DNA of 64,000 nucleotides, from NCBI GenBank assembly GCA_963701965.1, contig OY969695.1:128001-192000 (forward strand). The letters run 5' to 3'. The notes beneath the pieces were generated by a model. The model ran no database searches and was not told the origin of the DNA. It was given only the letters and a program-made list of their open reading frames with translations. Position numbers and translations under genes: made by a program. The DNA comes from an uncultured Gemmatimonadales bacterium. GTDB lineage: Bacteria > Gemmatimonadota > Gemmatimonadetes > Gemmatimonadales > Gemmatimonadaceae. This document shows positions 44,348 through 56,963 of the stretch, piece after piece (the stretch's first letter is position 1; the number at the start of each line of letters is the position of its first letter).

Positions 44348-47121
44348 ATGTCGGACCGGACCCTGTTGCTCGTCGACGGCTCGAGCTACCTCTATCGCGC
44401 CTATCACGCCCTGCCGGACCTGCGCGGCCCGGGCGGCGTTCCGACCGGAGCGATCCGCGGCGTCGTCTCGATGATGAAGCTGCTGCGCGAGCAGTACCCG
44501 GCGGCGCACGGCGCGTGCGTCTTCGACGACAAGGGCAAGACCTTTCGCGACGACTGGTACCCCGAATACAAGGCGACGCGAACGGCGATGCCCGACGACC
44601 TGGCGCTGCAGATCGAGCCGATTCACGAAGCCGTCAAGCTGCTCGGCTGGCCAGTGCTCACGGTGCCCGGCATCGAGGCCGACGACGCGATCGGCACGAT
44701 CTCGTGCATGGCCGCCAAGGGCGGCTTCCAGGTCGTGATCTCGACCGGCGACAAGGACCTGGCGCAGCTCGTCAACGAGAACGTCGTGCTGATCAACACG
44801 ATGAGCAACGAGCGGCTCGACGTCGAAGGCGTCGCCGCCAAGTTCGGCGTCGCGCCCGAGCGGATCGTCGACTACCTCGCCCTCATCGGCGACTCGGTCG
44901 ACAACATCCCGGGGGTCGAGAAGGTCGGTCCGAAGACGGCGGTGAAGTGGCTCGCCGAGCATGGCTCGCTCGAAGGCGTGATGGCCGCGGCCGGCGGGGA
45001 TCAAGGGCGTCGTCGGCGAGAACCTGAGGAAGGCGCTCGACTGGCTGCCGCAGGGACGGCGCCTGGTCACCGTCGCCACCGACTGCGACCTTTCCGGCCA
45101 CGTCATGGGCTGGCCCGAGTTCGACGGCCTCGCGCTGCGGCCGATCGAGGTCGATGCCTTGCTCGCGTTCTACGACCGCTACGGCTTCGCCTCGATGCGG
45201 AAGGAGCTCGAGGTCTCGCTCGGCCGCGCGCCGACCGCGGCGGCGCCGCCGGCGCGCGCGTCCGCGGCCGCGGCGACGATCGACGTTGCCGACGCCGTGC
45301 CCTCGGAAGACATCGTCAAGAACTACGAGACGGTGACGACGCTCGATGCGCTCGACGCCTGGGTCGCGCGCATCGAAGGCGCCGAGCTGACCGCGCTCGA
45401 CCTCGAGACCGACTCGCTCGATCCGATCCGCGCCCGCCTGATCGGCATCTCGCTCTCGGTGGCCGTCGGCGAGGCGTGCTACGTCCCGATCGGCCACAGC
45501 TACGCCGGTGCGCCCGATCAGTTGCCGCTCGAGACGGTGCTCGCGCGCCTCGGGCCCTGGCTCGAAAGCCCGGCCGCCGCCAAGGTCGGCCACAACACCA
45601 AGTACGACGCGCAGGTCCTCGCCGGCGCCGGCATCGCCGTGCGCGGCTACGCCCACGACACGATGCTCGAGAGCTACGTCTGGGAAGCGCACAAGGCGCA
45701 CACCCTCGAGAGCCTGGCGTTTCGCCATGTCGGCCGGACCGCGCTGACCTACGAGGACGTGTGCGGCAAGGGCGCGAACCAGATCCCGTTCGCGCAGGTC
45801 GAGGTCGGCCGCGCCGCCGCCTACTCGTGCGAGGACGCCGACATGGCGCTGCACGTGCATCAGTCGCTCTGGCCGCGGATCGAGGCCGACCCGGGCCTGG
45901 CCGACGTCTATCGCCGGATCGAGATGCCGACCTCGGAGGTGCTCGGCCGGATCGAGCGCACCGGCGTGCTGATCGATTCGGCGCAGCTCGCGGCGCAGAG
46001 CCAGGAACTCGCCGAGCGCATGGCCGCGCTCGAGCAGGAGGCGTTCGCGATCGCCGGCCAGCCGTTCAACCTCGGCAGCCCGAAGCAGATCGGCGAGATC
46101 CTGTTCGGCAAGCTCGGCCTGCCGGTCGGCCGAAAGACGGCGAGCGGCGCGCCGTCGACCGACGAGGACGTGCTGCAGGAGCTCGCCGCCGACTATCCGC
46201 TGCCCGGGAAGCTGCTCGAGCACCGCAGCCTGTCGAAGCTGAAGGGCACCTACACCGACAAGCTGCCGCTGATGGTGAACCCGGCGACCGGGCGCGTCCA
46301 CACCACGTACGCGCAGGCGGTGGCGGTGACCGGGCGGCTGTCGAGCAACGACCCGAACCTGCAGAACATCCCGATTCGCACGGTCGAAGGCCGGCGCATC
46401 CGCGAGGCGTTCGTCGCGCCCGAAGGGTCGGTGATCCTCTCGGCCGACTACTCGCAGATCGAGCTGCGCATCATGGCGCACATCTCCGCCGATGCCGGCC
46501 TGCTGAGCGCCTTCGGCGGCAACATCGACATCCATCGCGCGACCGCCGCCGAGGTCTTCGCGGGCGGCGATCTCGAAGCCGTGACCGCCGAGCAGCGGCG
46601 CTTCGCCAAGGTGATCAATTTCGGCCTGATCTACGGCATGAGCGCGTTCGGCCTGGCCGCCAATCTCGGCATCGAGCGCAGCGCCGCGACCGCCTACATC
46701 GAGCGCTATTTCGCGCGCTATCCGGCGGTCAAGCGCTACATGGACGAGACGCGCGCGTCGGCGGCCGAGAAGGGCTACGTCGCGACGCTGTTCGGCCGGC
46801 GCGTCTATCTGCCCGAGATCAACAAGCCCGGGCCGCGCAAGTCGGCCGCCGAGCGCCAGGCGATCAACGCGCCGATGCAGGGCACGGCGGCCGACCTGAT
46901 CAAGCTGGCGATGATCGCGGTGCAGGAGATGATCGACCGCGAGCAGCGCCGGACGCGGATGATCATGCAGGTCCACGACGAGCTCGTCTTCGAGGTGCCC
47001 GAAGGCGAGCTGGCGTGGGCGCAGCGAAGCGGTGCCGCGGGTGATGGCGAGCGTCGCGACGCTGGCGGTGCCGCTGGTCGCCGAGGTCGGCGTCGGCGCC
47101 AACTGGGACGAAGCGCACTAG
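44348..47121 (+). CDS. polA: DNA polymerase I (frameshifts ~44998 and ~47025)
   Basis: LLVDGSSYLYRAYHA, EADDAIGT, GDSVDNIPGV, LDLETD, TGRLSSNDPNLQNIP, ADYSQIELR, QVHDEL. Confidence 0.96.
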
Positions 47122-47251
47122 GTCGCGACAGGCGACCGGTCCAGCCCGGGGACAAACCCGGAGACCTAGGGCAAGACCTGTTCCATTCGGATCGGCGGCC
47201 CCTATGGTGCGGCATCGCATTTCCGGTCGCGCCCGGCGCCGCCGTCGCCTG

Positions 47252-48023
47252 ATGTCCGAACCGCTCCTCCTGGTCGAGAACGTGTCGGTCCGCTTCGGCG
47301 GCATCGTCGCGCTCGACCGGGTCTCGTTCGCCGTCGCGCGCGGCCACATCGTCGGCCTGATCGGCCCGAACGGCGCCGGCAAGACGACGATGTTCAACTG
47401 CCTGTCGCGCCTGTATGCCTTCAGCGAAGGCCGGATCGCGTTCGAGGGCCGGTCGCTGCTCGAGACGCCGCCGCACGGCATCGCCGCGCTCGGCATCGGC
47501 CGGACGTTCCAGAACCTGGCGCTGTTCCGGACCATGAGCGTGCGCCAGAACGTGCTGCTCGGCGGCCACGCGCGCAGCCGGAGCGGCTACGTCGCCAATG
47601 CCTTGCGCCTGCCGAGCGTGCGACGCGAGGAAGCGCGCCTCGGCAGCGCCGTCGATCGCCTGCTCGCGCTGCTCGACCTCGGCGCGCTCGCCGACGTGCC
47701 GGTGATGGACCTGCCGTTCGGCACCCAGAAGCGGGTCGAGCTCGGCCGCGCGCTGGCGAGCGAGCCGAAGCTGCTGCTGCTCGACGAGCCCGCGGGCGGC
47801 CTCAACCACGAGGAGGTCGAGACGCTGATGGAGCTGCTGCGCCGGATCCGCGTCCGAGCTCGACCTGACGATGCTGCTGGTCGAGCACCACATGAACATG
47901 GTGATGCGCATCTCCGACCGGGTCGTCGCGCTCGACTTCGGCAGGAAGATCGCCGACGGCACGCCGGCCGAGGTGCAGGCCAACGACGACGTCATCCGCG
48001 CCTATCTCGGGGCCGCCGCGTGA
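47252..48023 (+). CDS. Liv-type ABC ATP-binding protein (LivG-like; frameshifted)
   Basis: [29 protein letters not shown]. Confidence 0.88.
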
Positions 48024-48748
48024 ACGCGCGGCGGTCCCGCTCCTCGACGTGCGCGGCCTGGCGGCGCAGTACGGGCCGACGCGGGTGCTGCACGGCATCG
48101 ACTTCGCCGTCGCGCGAGGGCGGCATCACGGCCATCCTCGGCGCCAACGGCGCCGGCAAGACGACGCTGCTGCGCGCCGTCTGCGACATGATCAGGACCA
48201 GCGGCGAGGTGCGCTTCGCCGGCACGCGGATCGACGGCCAGGCGACCGAGACGATCGTGCGCCTCGGCATCGCCCACGTTCCCGATGGCCGCGGCACGTT
48301 CATGAACCTGTCGGTCGAGGAGAACCTGCGCCTCGGCGCGCTACTCGCGCCGCGACCGGGCCGCGGTCGGCGTCGATTTCGAGCGCATGTACGCGCTACT
48401 TCCCGCGCCTGAAGGAGCGGCGCCGCCAGCAGGCCGGAACGCTCTCGGGCGGCGAGCAGCAGATGCTCGCGGTCTCGCGCGCGCTGATGCTGCAGGCCGC
48501 GCCTGCTGCTGCTCGACGAGCCGTCGTTCGGCCTGGCGCCGCTGATCGTGCAGCAGCTGTTCGAGATCCTGCGCGAGATCAACCAGAGCGAGAAGATCGG
48601 CATGCTGCTGGTCGAGCAGAACGCGGCGATGGCGCTCGCTCTCGCCGACACGGCCTACCTGCTCGAGACCGGCCGGGTCGTGATGTCGGGCCCGGCCGAG
48701 ACGATCCGCAGCGACGAGTCGGTGCGCCGCTCGTACCTCGGCTACTGA
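48020..48748 (+). CDS. Liv-type ABC ATP-binding protein (LivF-like; multiple frameshifts)
   Basis: [32 protein letters not shown]. Confidence 0.85.
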
Positions 48749-48761
48749 ACGGCGCGCCGCG

Positions 48762-49631
48762 ATGGATCAGTTCCTGCACCAGGTCCTGTCGGGCCTCGCC
48801 ACCGGCGGCATCTACGCCAGCGTCGCGCTGGCGCTGGTGATGATCTACCAGGCGACGCACCTCGTGAACTTCGCGCAGGGCGAGATGGCGATGTTCACGA
48901 CCTATCTGGCCTGGGCCCTGCTGCAGGCCGGGGTGCCGTACTGGGGCGCGTTCGCGATCACCGTCGTCGGCGCGTTCGTGCTCGGCGTCGCGATCGAGCG
49001 GATCGTCATCCGACCGGTCGAGAACGCGCCGATCCTGGCCGTCGTCATCGTCTTCATCGGTCTCCTGGTGATCTTCAACAGCGTCGCCGGCTGGATCTTC
49101 AGCTACACGATCAAGCCGTTCCCGAGCCCGTTCCCGACCGAGCCGCTGTTCGGCAACTCGTACGTCTCGTCGCACGAGCTCGGCTCGACGGCGATCACGC
49201 TGGTCGTGCTGCTGCTGCTGTTCGCCTTCTTCCGCTTCACGCCGCTCGGCCTGGCGATGCGCGCGGCGGCGCAGAACCCGGTCTCGAGCCGGCTGGTCGG
49301 CATCCGCGTCGGCTGGATGCTGGCGCTCGGCTGGGGCCTGGCGGCGGCGATCGGCGCGATCGCCGGAATGATGGTCGCGCCGATCGTCTTCCTCGAGCCC
49401 AACATGATGGGCGGGATCCTGCTCTACGCCTTCGCCGGCGCGCTGCTCGGCGGCATCGACAGCCCGGGCGGCGCGGTCGTCGGCGGCTTCATCGTCGGCG
49501 TGCTCGAGAACGTCGTCGGCGCCTACGTCGGCACCGAGCTCAAGCTGACGCTGGCGCTGGTCGTGATCATCGGCGTGCTCGTGGTCCGGCCGTCGGGCAT
49601 GTTCGGCAAGGTCCACGTGGTGCGGGTATGA
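48762..49631 (+). CDS. Liv-type ABC permease (LivH-like)
   Basis: [35 protein letters not shown]. Confidence 0.9.
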   Translation: MDQFLHQVLSGLATGGIYASVALALVMIYQATHLVNFAQGEMAMFTTYLAWALLQAGVPYWGAFAITVVGAFVLGVAIERIVIRPVENAPILAVVIVFIGLLVIFNSVAGWIFSYTIKPFPSPFPTEPLFGNSYVSSHELGSTAITLVVLLLLFAFFRFTPLGLAMRAAAQNPVSSRLVGIRVGWMLALGWGLAAAIGAIAGMMVAPIVFLEPNMMGGILLYAFAGALLGGIDSPGGAVVGGFIVGVLENVVGAYVGTELKLTLALVVIIGVLVVRPSGMFGKVHVVRV

Positions 49632-50656
49632 GGCAGCATCCGCATGCCGACCGTCAGGCTGCATCGGCGTCGCGCTGCTGCTGGTCGCCGCCTGCGCTGC
49701 TTGCCGTTCGTGCTCGGCAGCAACTACCGCGTCTTCCAGCTGACGCTGGTCCTGGTCTACGCGATCGCGCTCCTCGGGCTCAACATGCTGACCGGCTACA
49801 ACGGCCAGATCTCGCTCGGCCACGGCGCGTTCTACGCCATCGGCGCGTACAGCGCGGCGATCCTGATGGACAAGCTCGGCGTGCCCTATTGGGCGACGAT
49901 TCCGGTCGCCGGCGCGCTCTGCTTCGTCGCCGGCTTCCTGTTCGGCCTGCCGGCGCTGCGCCTCGAAGGCCTCTACCTCGCGCTGGCGACGTTCGCGCTC
50001 GGCGTCGCGATGCCGCAGATCCTGAAGCACGAAGCCCTCGACAAGTGGACCGGCGGCGTCGCAGGGCATCGTCATCGTCAAGCCCGACGCACCCGAATGG
50101 AGCGGCCTGTCGCAGGACCAGTGGCTCTACTTCTTCACCCTCGCGTGGGTCGTGATCTTCTTCGTGCTCGGCTGGAACCTCCTGCGCGGTCGGATCGGCC
50201 GGGCGCATGGTCGCGATCCGCGATCAACCCATTGCGGCCCAGGCGATGGGCGTCAATACTTCGCTGGTCAAGTCGCTGACCTTCGGCGTCACCGCCCTGT
50301 ACACCGGCGCGGCCGGCGCGCTCGGCGCGATCGCGGTCCAGTTCGTGGCGCCCGATTCGTTCGACATTTTCCTGTCGATCACCTTGCTGGTCGGCGTCGT
50401 CATCGGCGGGCTCGCGTCGATCTCGGGCGCGTTCTTCGGCGCCTTGTTCATCCAGTTCATCCCCAACATCGCCGATCAGATCTCGAAGGCGGCGCCCTGG
50501 GCGATCTACGGCGTCGTCCTGATCGCCTTCATGTACCTGATGCCGAGCGGCGTCGCCGGGCTCTTGCGTCTGGCGCGGGCGCGCTGGGCGCGCCGACGGC
50601 GGTCGGTGCGCCGCACCGATCCGGTTTCCCCAGTCACTCAACGGAGCGAGACATGA
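49628..50656 (+). CDS. Liv-type ABC permease (LivM-like; frameshifted)
   Basis: GLNMLTGYNGQISLGHGAF, LRLEGLYLALAT, AIRDQPIAA, VIGGLAS. Confidence 0.87.
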
Positions 50657-51887
50657 ACCACACCTTCAACCGCATCACCCGTCGCGCCGCCTTGGCGCTG
50701 GCAATCGGCGCCGCATTGGCGGCGCAGGACGCGACGGCGCAGGCCGCCAAGTACGGGCCGGGCGCCTCGGCGACCGAGATCAAGCTCGGCCAGACGATGC
50801 CGTACAGCGGCCCGGCTTCGGCCTACGGCACGATCGGCAAGGTCGAGCAGGCCTACTTCAAGATGATCAACGACAACGGCGGCATCAACGGCCGCAAGAT
50901 CAACCTGATCAGCCTCGACGACGGCTACAGCCCGCCGAAGGCGGTCGAGCAGGTGCGCCGCCTGGTCGAGCAGGAGGAGGTGCTGGCGCTGTTCCAGACG
51001 CTCGGCACGCCGAGCAACTCGGCGATCCACAAGTACGTCAACGCCAAGAAGGTGCCGCAGCTCTTGCTCGCCACCGGCGCGACCAAGTGGGGCGACCCGA
51101 AGGACTTCCCGTGGACGATGGGCTTCAACCTGAGCTACCAGTCCGAGGGCCAGATCTACGCCAAGTGGCTGCTGAAGAACAAGCCCGACGCGAAGATCGC
51201 GGTCCTTTACCAGAACGACGACTACGGCAAGGACGTGCTGAAGGGCGTCAAGGACGGGCTCGGCGCCGCCGGCGCGAAGATGATCGTCAAGGAGGCGACC
51301 TACGAGGTCACCGACCCGACCATCGACTCGCAGATCCTGACGCTGCAGGGCTCGGGCGCCGACACCTTCATCAACATCACGACGCCCAAGTTCGGCGCCC
51401 AGGCGATCCGCAAGGCGTTCGACTCGGCTGGAAGCCGCTGCACTTCCTCAACAACGTCAGCGCCTCGATCGGCTCGGTGCTGGTGCCGGCGGGCGTCGAG
51501 AAGGCGGTCGGCGCGATCACCGTCGCCTACTACAAGGACCCGAACGACCCGCAGTGGAAGGACGACCCGGCGATGCTCGAATGGCGCGCCTTCATGGGCA
51601 GCTACTACCGCGAGGGCGACCCGAAGGACGCGAGCAACCTCTACGGCTACCTCGCGGCGCAGATCATGGTGCAGATCCTGAAGCAGTGCGGCAACGACCT
51701 GACGCGCGAGAACGTGATGCGCCAGGCCGCGAACCTGAAGAACTTCAAGCTGCCGCTGCTCCTGCCCGGGATGACGCTCAACACCAGCCCGACCGACTTC
51801 TTCCCGGTCCAGCAGGCGCAGCTGCAGAAGTTCACCGGAACGCAGTGGCAGCTCTTCGGCGAGCTGATGAGCACCGACGCGCGCTGA
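50653..51887 (+). CDS. ABC substrate-binding protein, PBP1/LivK-like fold (frameshift ~51427)
   Basis: TEIKLGQTMPYSGPASAY, GGINGRKI, DDGYSP, YQNDDYG, LTRENVM. Confidence 0.88.
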
Positions 51888-51925
51888 GCGCGCGGGCGCC
51901 GGGGGTCGGCGGCGGCGCCGGACCC

Positions 51926-51960
51926 CTGTCATGAAGCTGTCGCGAAAAACATCCTAGACT
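51926..51960 (+). promoter_or_regulatory. Putative Pho box plus -10 element of ppk1
   Basis: CTGTCAT-gaag-CTGTCGC (11-bp period, 51926-51943), 11 nt upstream of TAGACT (51955-51960). Confidence 0.6.
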
Positions 51961-51967
51961 CGCAGGG

Positions 51968-54026
51968 ATGACTTCTTCAGTCGCCACGCCAGCCGTGGCG
52001 ATGCCGCGGCTTCTCAACCGCGAGCGCGCAATCCTCGAGTTCAACCGGCGCGTCCTGGCCCAGGCGCGCCGCGACGACGTACCGCTGCTCGAGCGGCTGC
52101 GCTACGTCTGCATCGTCTCGTCGAACCTCGACGAGTTCTTCGAGGTCCGCTTCGCCGACTGCCTCGAGGCCTCGCGCCAGCCCAATACCGGCACGACCGC
52201 GGCCGACATCGAGGCGCTCGCCGCGGCGGCGCACGCGCTGATCGACGACCAGTACGCGGTCTTCAACGACGAGGTGATGCCGGCGCTGGCCGCGAACGGC
52301 ATCCGGATCGTCAACCACGCCGACCGCGACGAGGCCGAGCGGCGCTGGGTCGGCCGCTTCTTCGAGACCCAGGTGCGGCCGCTGCTGGTGCCGGTCGGGC
52401 TCGATCCCTCGCATCCATTCCCGCAGGTCGCCAACAAGTCGCTCAACTTCATCGCCCGCCTCGCCGGCAAGGATGCCTTCGGCCGGCGCAACACGGTGGC
52501 CATCGTCAAGGTGCCGCGCGTCCTGCCCCGGGTGATCCAGTTGCCGCGCTCGCGCCGGCGCGGCGGCCAGTCGTTCGTGCTCCTGACGAGCGTGATCCGG
52601 GCCCATCTCGGCTCGCTCTTCCCGGGCCGCGAGGTCGAGGCGTTCTCGCAGTTCCGGATCACGCGCGACTCCGACCTCGAGGTCGACGCCGACGTCACCA
52701 ACCTGCGCCAGGCGCTGCGCCTCGGGCTGACGACGCGCCACTTCGGCCAGGCGGTCCGGCTCGAGGTCGTCAACACCTGCCCGAGCGAGCTGTCGCAGTT
52801 TCTGCTGCAGCAGTTCGGCCTCGCCGAGCCGGCGCTGTTTCGCGTCAACGGGCCGGTCAACCTGGTGCGCATGAACGAGCTGATCGACCTCGCCGTTGCG
52901 CCGGCCCTGCGCTTTGCGCCGTACACGCCGGCGTGGCCGGCGACGCTGTCGCGCCAGGAGACGATGTTCGAGCGCATCAGGAAGGGCGTGCTGCTGCTGC
53001 ATCAGCCATTCGAGTCGTTCGATCCGGTGATCGAATTCCTGCGCGAGGCCATGCTCGACCCGTCGGTGCTGGCGATCAAGCAGACGATCTATCGCGCCGG
53101 CAGCGTCTCGCCGCTGATGGATCTGCTGATCGAGGCGGCCAAGCGCGGCAAGGAAGTGATGGCCGTGGTCGAGCTGAAGGCGCGCTTCGACGAGGAGGCC
53201 AACATCAACTGGGCCGAGCGGCTCGAGGCGGTCGGCGCGCAGGTGGTCTACGGCGTGGTCGGCCTGAAGACGCACGCCAAGCTGCTGCTGGTGACGCGGC
53301 GCGAGCGCAACGGCCTGAAGCGCTACGCGCATCTCTCGACCGGCAACTACAACCAGAACACCGCCCGGCTCTACACCGACCTCGGCTACTTCAGCGACGA
53401 CGCCGACCTCACCGCCGACGTCGACGCCGTGTTCCAGCAGCTCGCCAGCCTCGGCCGCACCCGGCCGCTGAAGGCGCTGCTGCAGGCGCCGTTCACGCTG
53501 CACAAGCAGACGCTCGCCAGCGTCTCGCGCGTCGCCGAGGCCGCGGCGGCGGGCAAGACGGCGCGCATCGTCGTCAAGATCAATGCCTTGACCGACAACG
53601 CCCTCATCGAAGCGCTGGTTCGCGCCGGCCAGGCCGGTGCGCAGATCGACCTGATCGTGCGCGGCGCCTGCATGCTGCCGCCGGGAATCGAAGGCGTCAC
53701 CGATCGCATCCGGGTGCGCTCGATCGTCGGCCGCTTTCTCGAGCACTCGCGCGTCGCCTATTTCCGCTGGGGCGACGAGCGACGACGACGAGGCGGTCTA
53801 TCTGTCGAGCGCCGACTGGATGGGCCGCAACATGTTCGGCCGGATCGAGATCGCCTGGCCGGTGCCCGACCGGGCCCTGCGCCAGCGCATCATCGACGAA
53901 TGCCTGGTGCCGTATCTGCTCGACACCAAGGACGCCTGGTTGCTGCGCAGCGACGGCACTTACGAGCCGAGGACCGGCGGCGACCACTCGGCGCAGAAAT
54001 CGCTGATGGGCCTGTACGCGCACTAG
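51968..54026 (+). CDS. ppk1: Polyphosphate kinase 1 (frameshift ~53780)
   Basis: LERLRYVCIVSSNLDEFFEVR, HPFP, IKQTIYR, ELKARFDEE, KTHAK, STGNY, GRFLEHSR, SADWMGRN. Confidence 0.95.
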
Positions 54027-54037
54027 GAGCCAGCAAC

Positions 54038-54500
54038 GTGGACCTCATCCTCTGGCGCCATGCCGAAGCCGAAGAAGCCGATTCCGGCGAAGACGACCTG
54101 AAGCGCTCGCTGACGAGCAAGGGCGGGCGCCAGGCCGAGCGCATGGCCGAGTGGCTGAACCATCGCCTCACGCACTCGACCCGCGTGCTCGTCAGTCCGG
54201 CGCTGCGCTGCCAGCAAACCGCGAAGGCGCTCGGGCGCAAGTTCCGCACCGCCGATCGCGATCGGCCCGGGCGCGAGCGCGGAAGAGCTGGTGGCGATCG
54301 CCGGCTGGCCCGACGCCAGCCAGCCGGTGCTGGTCGTCGGCCATCAGCCGACGCTCGGCATGGCCGCGGCCTTGCTCCTCGCTGGCGCGCCGCAACCCTG
54401 GGCGATGAAGAAGGGCGCGGTCTGGTGGCTGCGCCATCGGCCGCGCAGCGACGACGGCGACATCGTCCTGCAGGCGGTGCAGTCGCCGGACAGCCTCTAG
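54038..54500 (+). CDS. sixA: Phosphohistidine phosphatase SixA (frameshifted)
   Basis: LILWRHAEAE, SPALRCQQTA, VVGHQP. Confidence 0.88.
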
Positions 54501-54524
54501 CGGCGGCTCTCGCCGCCGCAGCGA

Positions 54525-56053
54525 TCAGGCGGCAGCGAGCCGCGGTGCGAGCACGCCGGTCTTGGCCCAGGCGTCGATCTCGTCGCGCAGCAGGTGCAGC
54601 GCGCGCGGATGCGACTCGGCCCACGACGGCGCGAGCGTGACCGCCGGCGCGCCGCCCTCGCTGCGGAGCGCGATCGCCGAGCGATCGACGTCGTCGCGGG
54701 CGTGGCAGACGATCACCGCCAGGCGCAGGCAGAGCAGGTGCAGCGCGAAGCCCGTGCTTTGCAGCGACGTCTCCATCTTGCGCAGCCCGCCGCGCTGGCC
54801 GAGGACGAGTTCGCCGATGCGCCTGAGCTGGCTCTGCGAGAAGCCGGGAGCATCGACGTGGCCGAGCAGGTAGGCGCTGTGGCGGTGGTGGTCGTGGTGC
54901 GAGATCATCATCCCGGCCTCGTGCAGCGCCGCCGCCCAGGCGAGCTCGCGCGCAGCCTCGCGGCCGGTATCGGGACTGGCGCTGCGCAGCAGTGCAGCGG
55001 CGATGCGAGCGACGCGCTCGGCCTGCGCGACGTCGACCTGGAAGCGCCGCTGCAGCTCGCGCACCGAGGCTTCGCGCAGGTCCTCGCCGCCGGCGCGGCG
55101 CTCGGCCGCCTGGCGCGCGGCGAGGTCGAAGATCACGCCTTGGCGCAACGCGCCGCGCGCCGGCTTGAGCTCGGCGATGCCGAAGTGCGTCGCCAGTGTG
55201 TAGAGGATCGACAGGCCGCCGGCGATGACGACGCGGCGCTCGCTCTTCAGGCCGGGCAGGGCGAGGCGCTCGCGCTGCCGGCCTCGAGGCAGCGCTCCAT
55301 CAGCCAGCGCAGGCCGGCGGGCGTGATGCGGCCGTCGCTGACGCCGCTGGCGGCGAGCACGCTCGAGACCGCGCCGACCGTTCCCGACGAGCCGAGCGCT
55401 TCCTTCCAGTGGCTCGGCGCGAACGGCGCCAGGGCTTCCTCGAGCTCGGCGCCGGCGGCGATCTGGGCCTCGCGGAAGGCGCGCTCGCTGAAGCGGCCGT
55501 CGGGGAAGTACTTCATCGACAGGCTGACGCTGCCGACCTGGAACGATTCAGCCTGGCGCGGCCGCGTGCCGCGGCCGACGATCATCTCGGTCGAGCGGCC
55601 GCCGATGTCGATCACCAGGCGCGACACCGTCGATGGCTGGAGCCGGGCGACGCCGGCAAAGATCAGGCGCGCTTCCTCGCGTCCCGAGATGATCTCGATC
55701 GAGTGGCCGAGGACGGTCTGCGCGCGCAGCAGGAAGGCGTCACGATTGCGCGCCTCGCGCAGCGTCTGGGTCGCGACGGCGCGCACCTGCGTCGGCAGGA
55801 AGCCGTCGAGCCGGCGGGCGAAGCGCGCCAGGCAATCGAGGCCGCGCCCGGCCGCCTCCTCGCTCAGGAAGCCGGCGGCGTCGAGGCCGCCGCCGAGGCG
55901 AACGGTTTCCTTCAGGTAGTCGATGCGCCGGTAGCGTCCGCCGGCGAGCTGGCCGACCTCGAGGCGGAAGCTGTTCGAGCCCATGTCGACGGCGGCGAGC
56001 TGTCCGGGCCAGCGCGTTTCGACGGCGGCGCTTGGCGAGGAAGCAAGAGGCAT
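54525..56053 (-). CDS. ppx: Exopolyphosphatase Ppx/GppA (frameshift ~55265)
   Basis: AAVDMGSNSF, ATQTLREARN, SGREEARL, DIGGRSTE, GALRQG, LHEAG. Confidence 0.93.
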
Positions 56054-56188
56054 GCGCCGATTGTCGCGGCACGCCGTCGCACTCGGGTCGGCGCGAAGCT
56101 TCCTAGAATGCCTGTCCGGCGCCCGCCGCTACGACTTTCGCGCCATGCCGCGTTCCGACCTCGACGCCGTCGCTTTCGCGTTCTCCGT

Positions 56189-56958
56189 GTGACGCTCGCC
56201 TGGATCGTCGTCGCCACCGGCGTCGGCGGCGTACTGTCGGTGCTGGTCGCCGCGGCGCTGACGCTGGCCGTGCTGTCGAAGGTCGTGCATCACCTGGTGA
56301 GCCTTTCGGCGGGCGTGCTGCTCGCGACCGCGCTGCTCGACATCCTGCCCGAGGCGTTCTCGGCCAAGGCGCCGCCGCAGGCGCTGTTCGCGACGCTGCT
56401 CGGCGGCCTGCTGTTCTTCTTCCTGCTCGAAAAGGCCGAGCTCTACCGCCACAGCCACCACCACGAGGGCGACGAGCACCACCATCATCACGGCTTCGAC
56501 CGGCAGCAGGCCGGGCGCGGCGGCTGGAGCGTGATCCTCGGCGACAGCATCCACAACTTCTGCGACGGCATCATCATCGCCGCCGCCTTCCTCGCCGACA
56601 CGCGGATCGGCATCGTCACCTCTCTGGCGATCATCGCCCACGAGATTCCGCAGGAGGTCGGCGACTACATCGTCCTTCTCAACGCGGGCTTCTCGCGCGC
56701 CCGGGCGCTGTTCTTCAACGCCGTCTCGGGCTGGCGGCGGTCGTCGGCGGCGTCATCGGCTACTACATCGTCGGCCCATGGCACGGCTACTTCCCGTACC
56801 TGCTCGTGATCGCCTCGAGCAGCTTCATCTATGTCGCCGTCGCCGACCTGATCCCGCAGCTGCAGCATCGATTGACGCTGGGCGAGACGGCGGCGCAGCT
56901 GTTCTGGCTCGCCGCTGGCCTGGCGATCGTCCTCGTCGCGACGACGCAGCTGCGCTAG
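56189..56958 (+). CDS. ZIP family metal transporter (frameshift ~56730)
   Basis: SAGVLLATA, His-rich loop HSHHHEGDEHHHHH, DSIHNFCDG, AHEIPQEVGD. Confidence 0.9.
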
Positions 56959-56963
56959 CCGTT

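Noticed and set aside
51889..51927. GC-rich hairpin after the ABC substrate-binding gene as an intrinsic terminator
   Set aside because: The stem is imperfect and has no U-tract; not enough support
56440..56495. CAC/CAT-rich repeat-like tract
   Set aside because: It encodes the ordinary His-rich loop of the ZIP transporter
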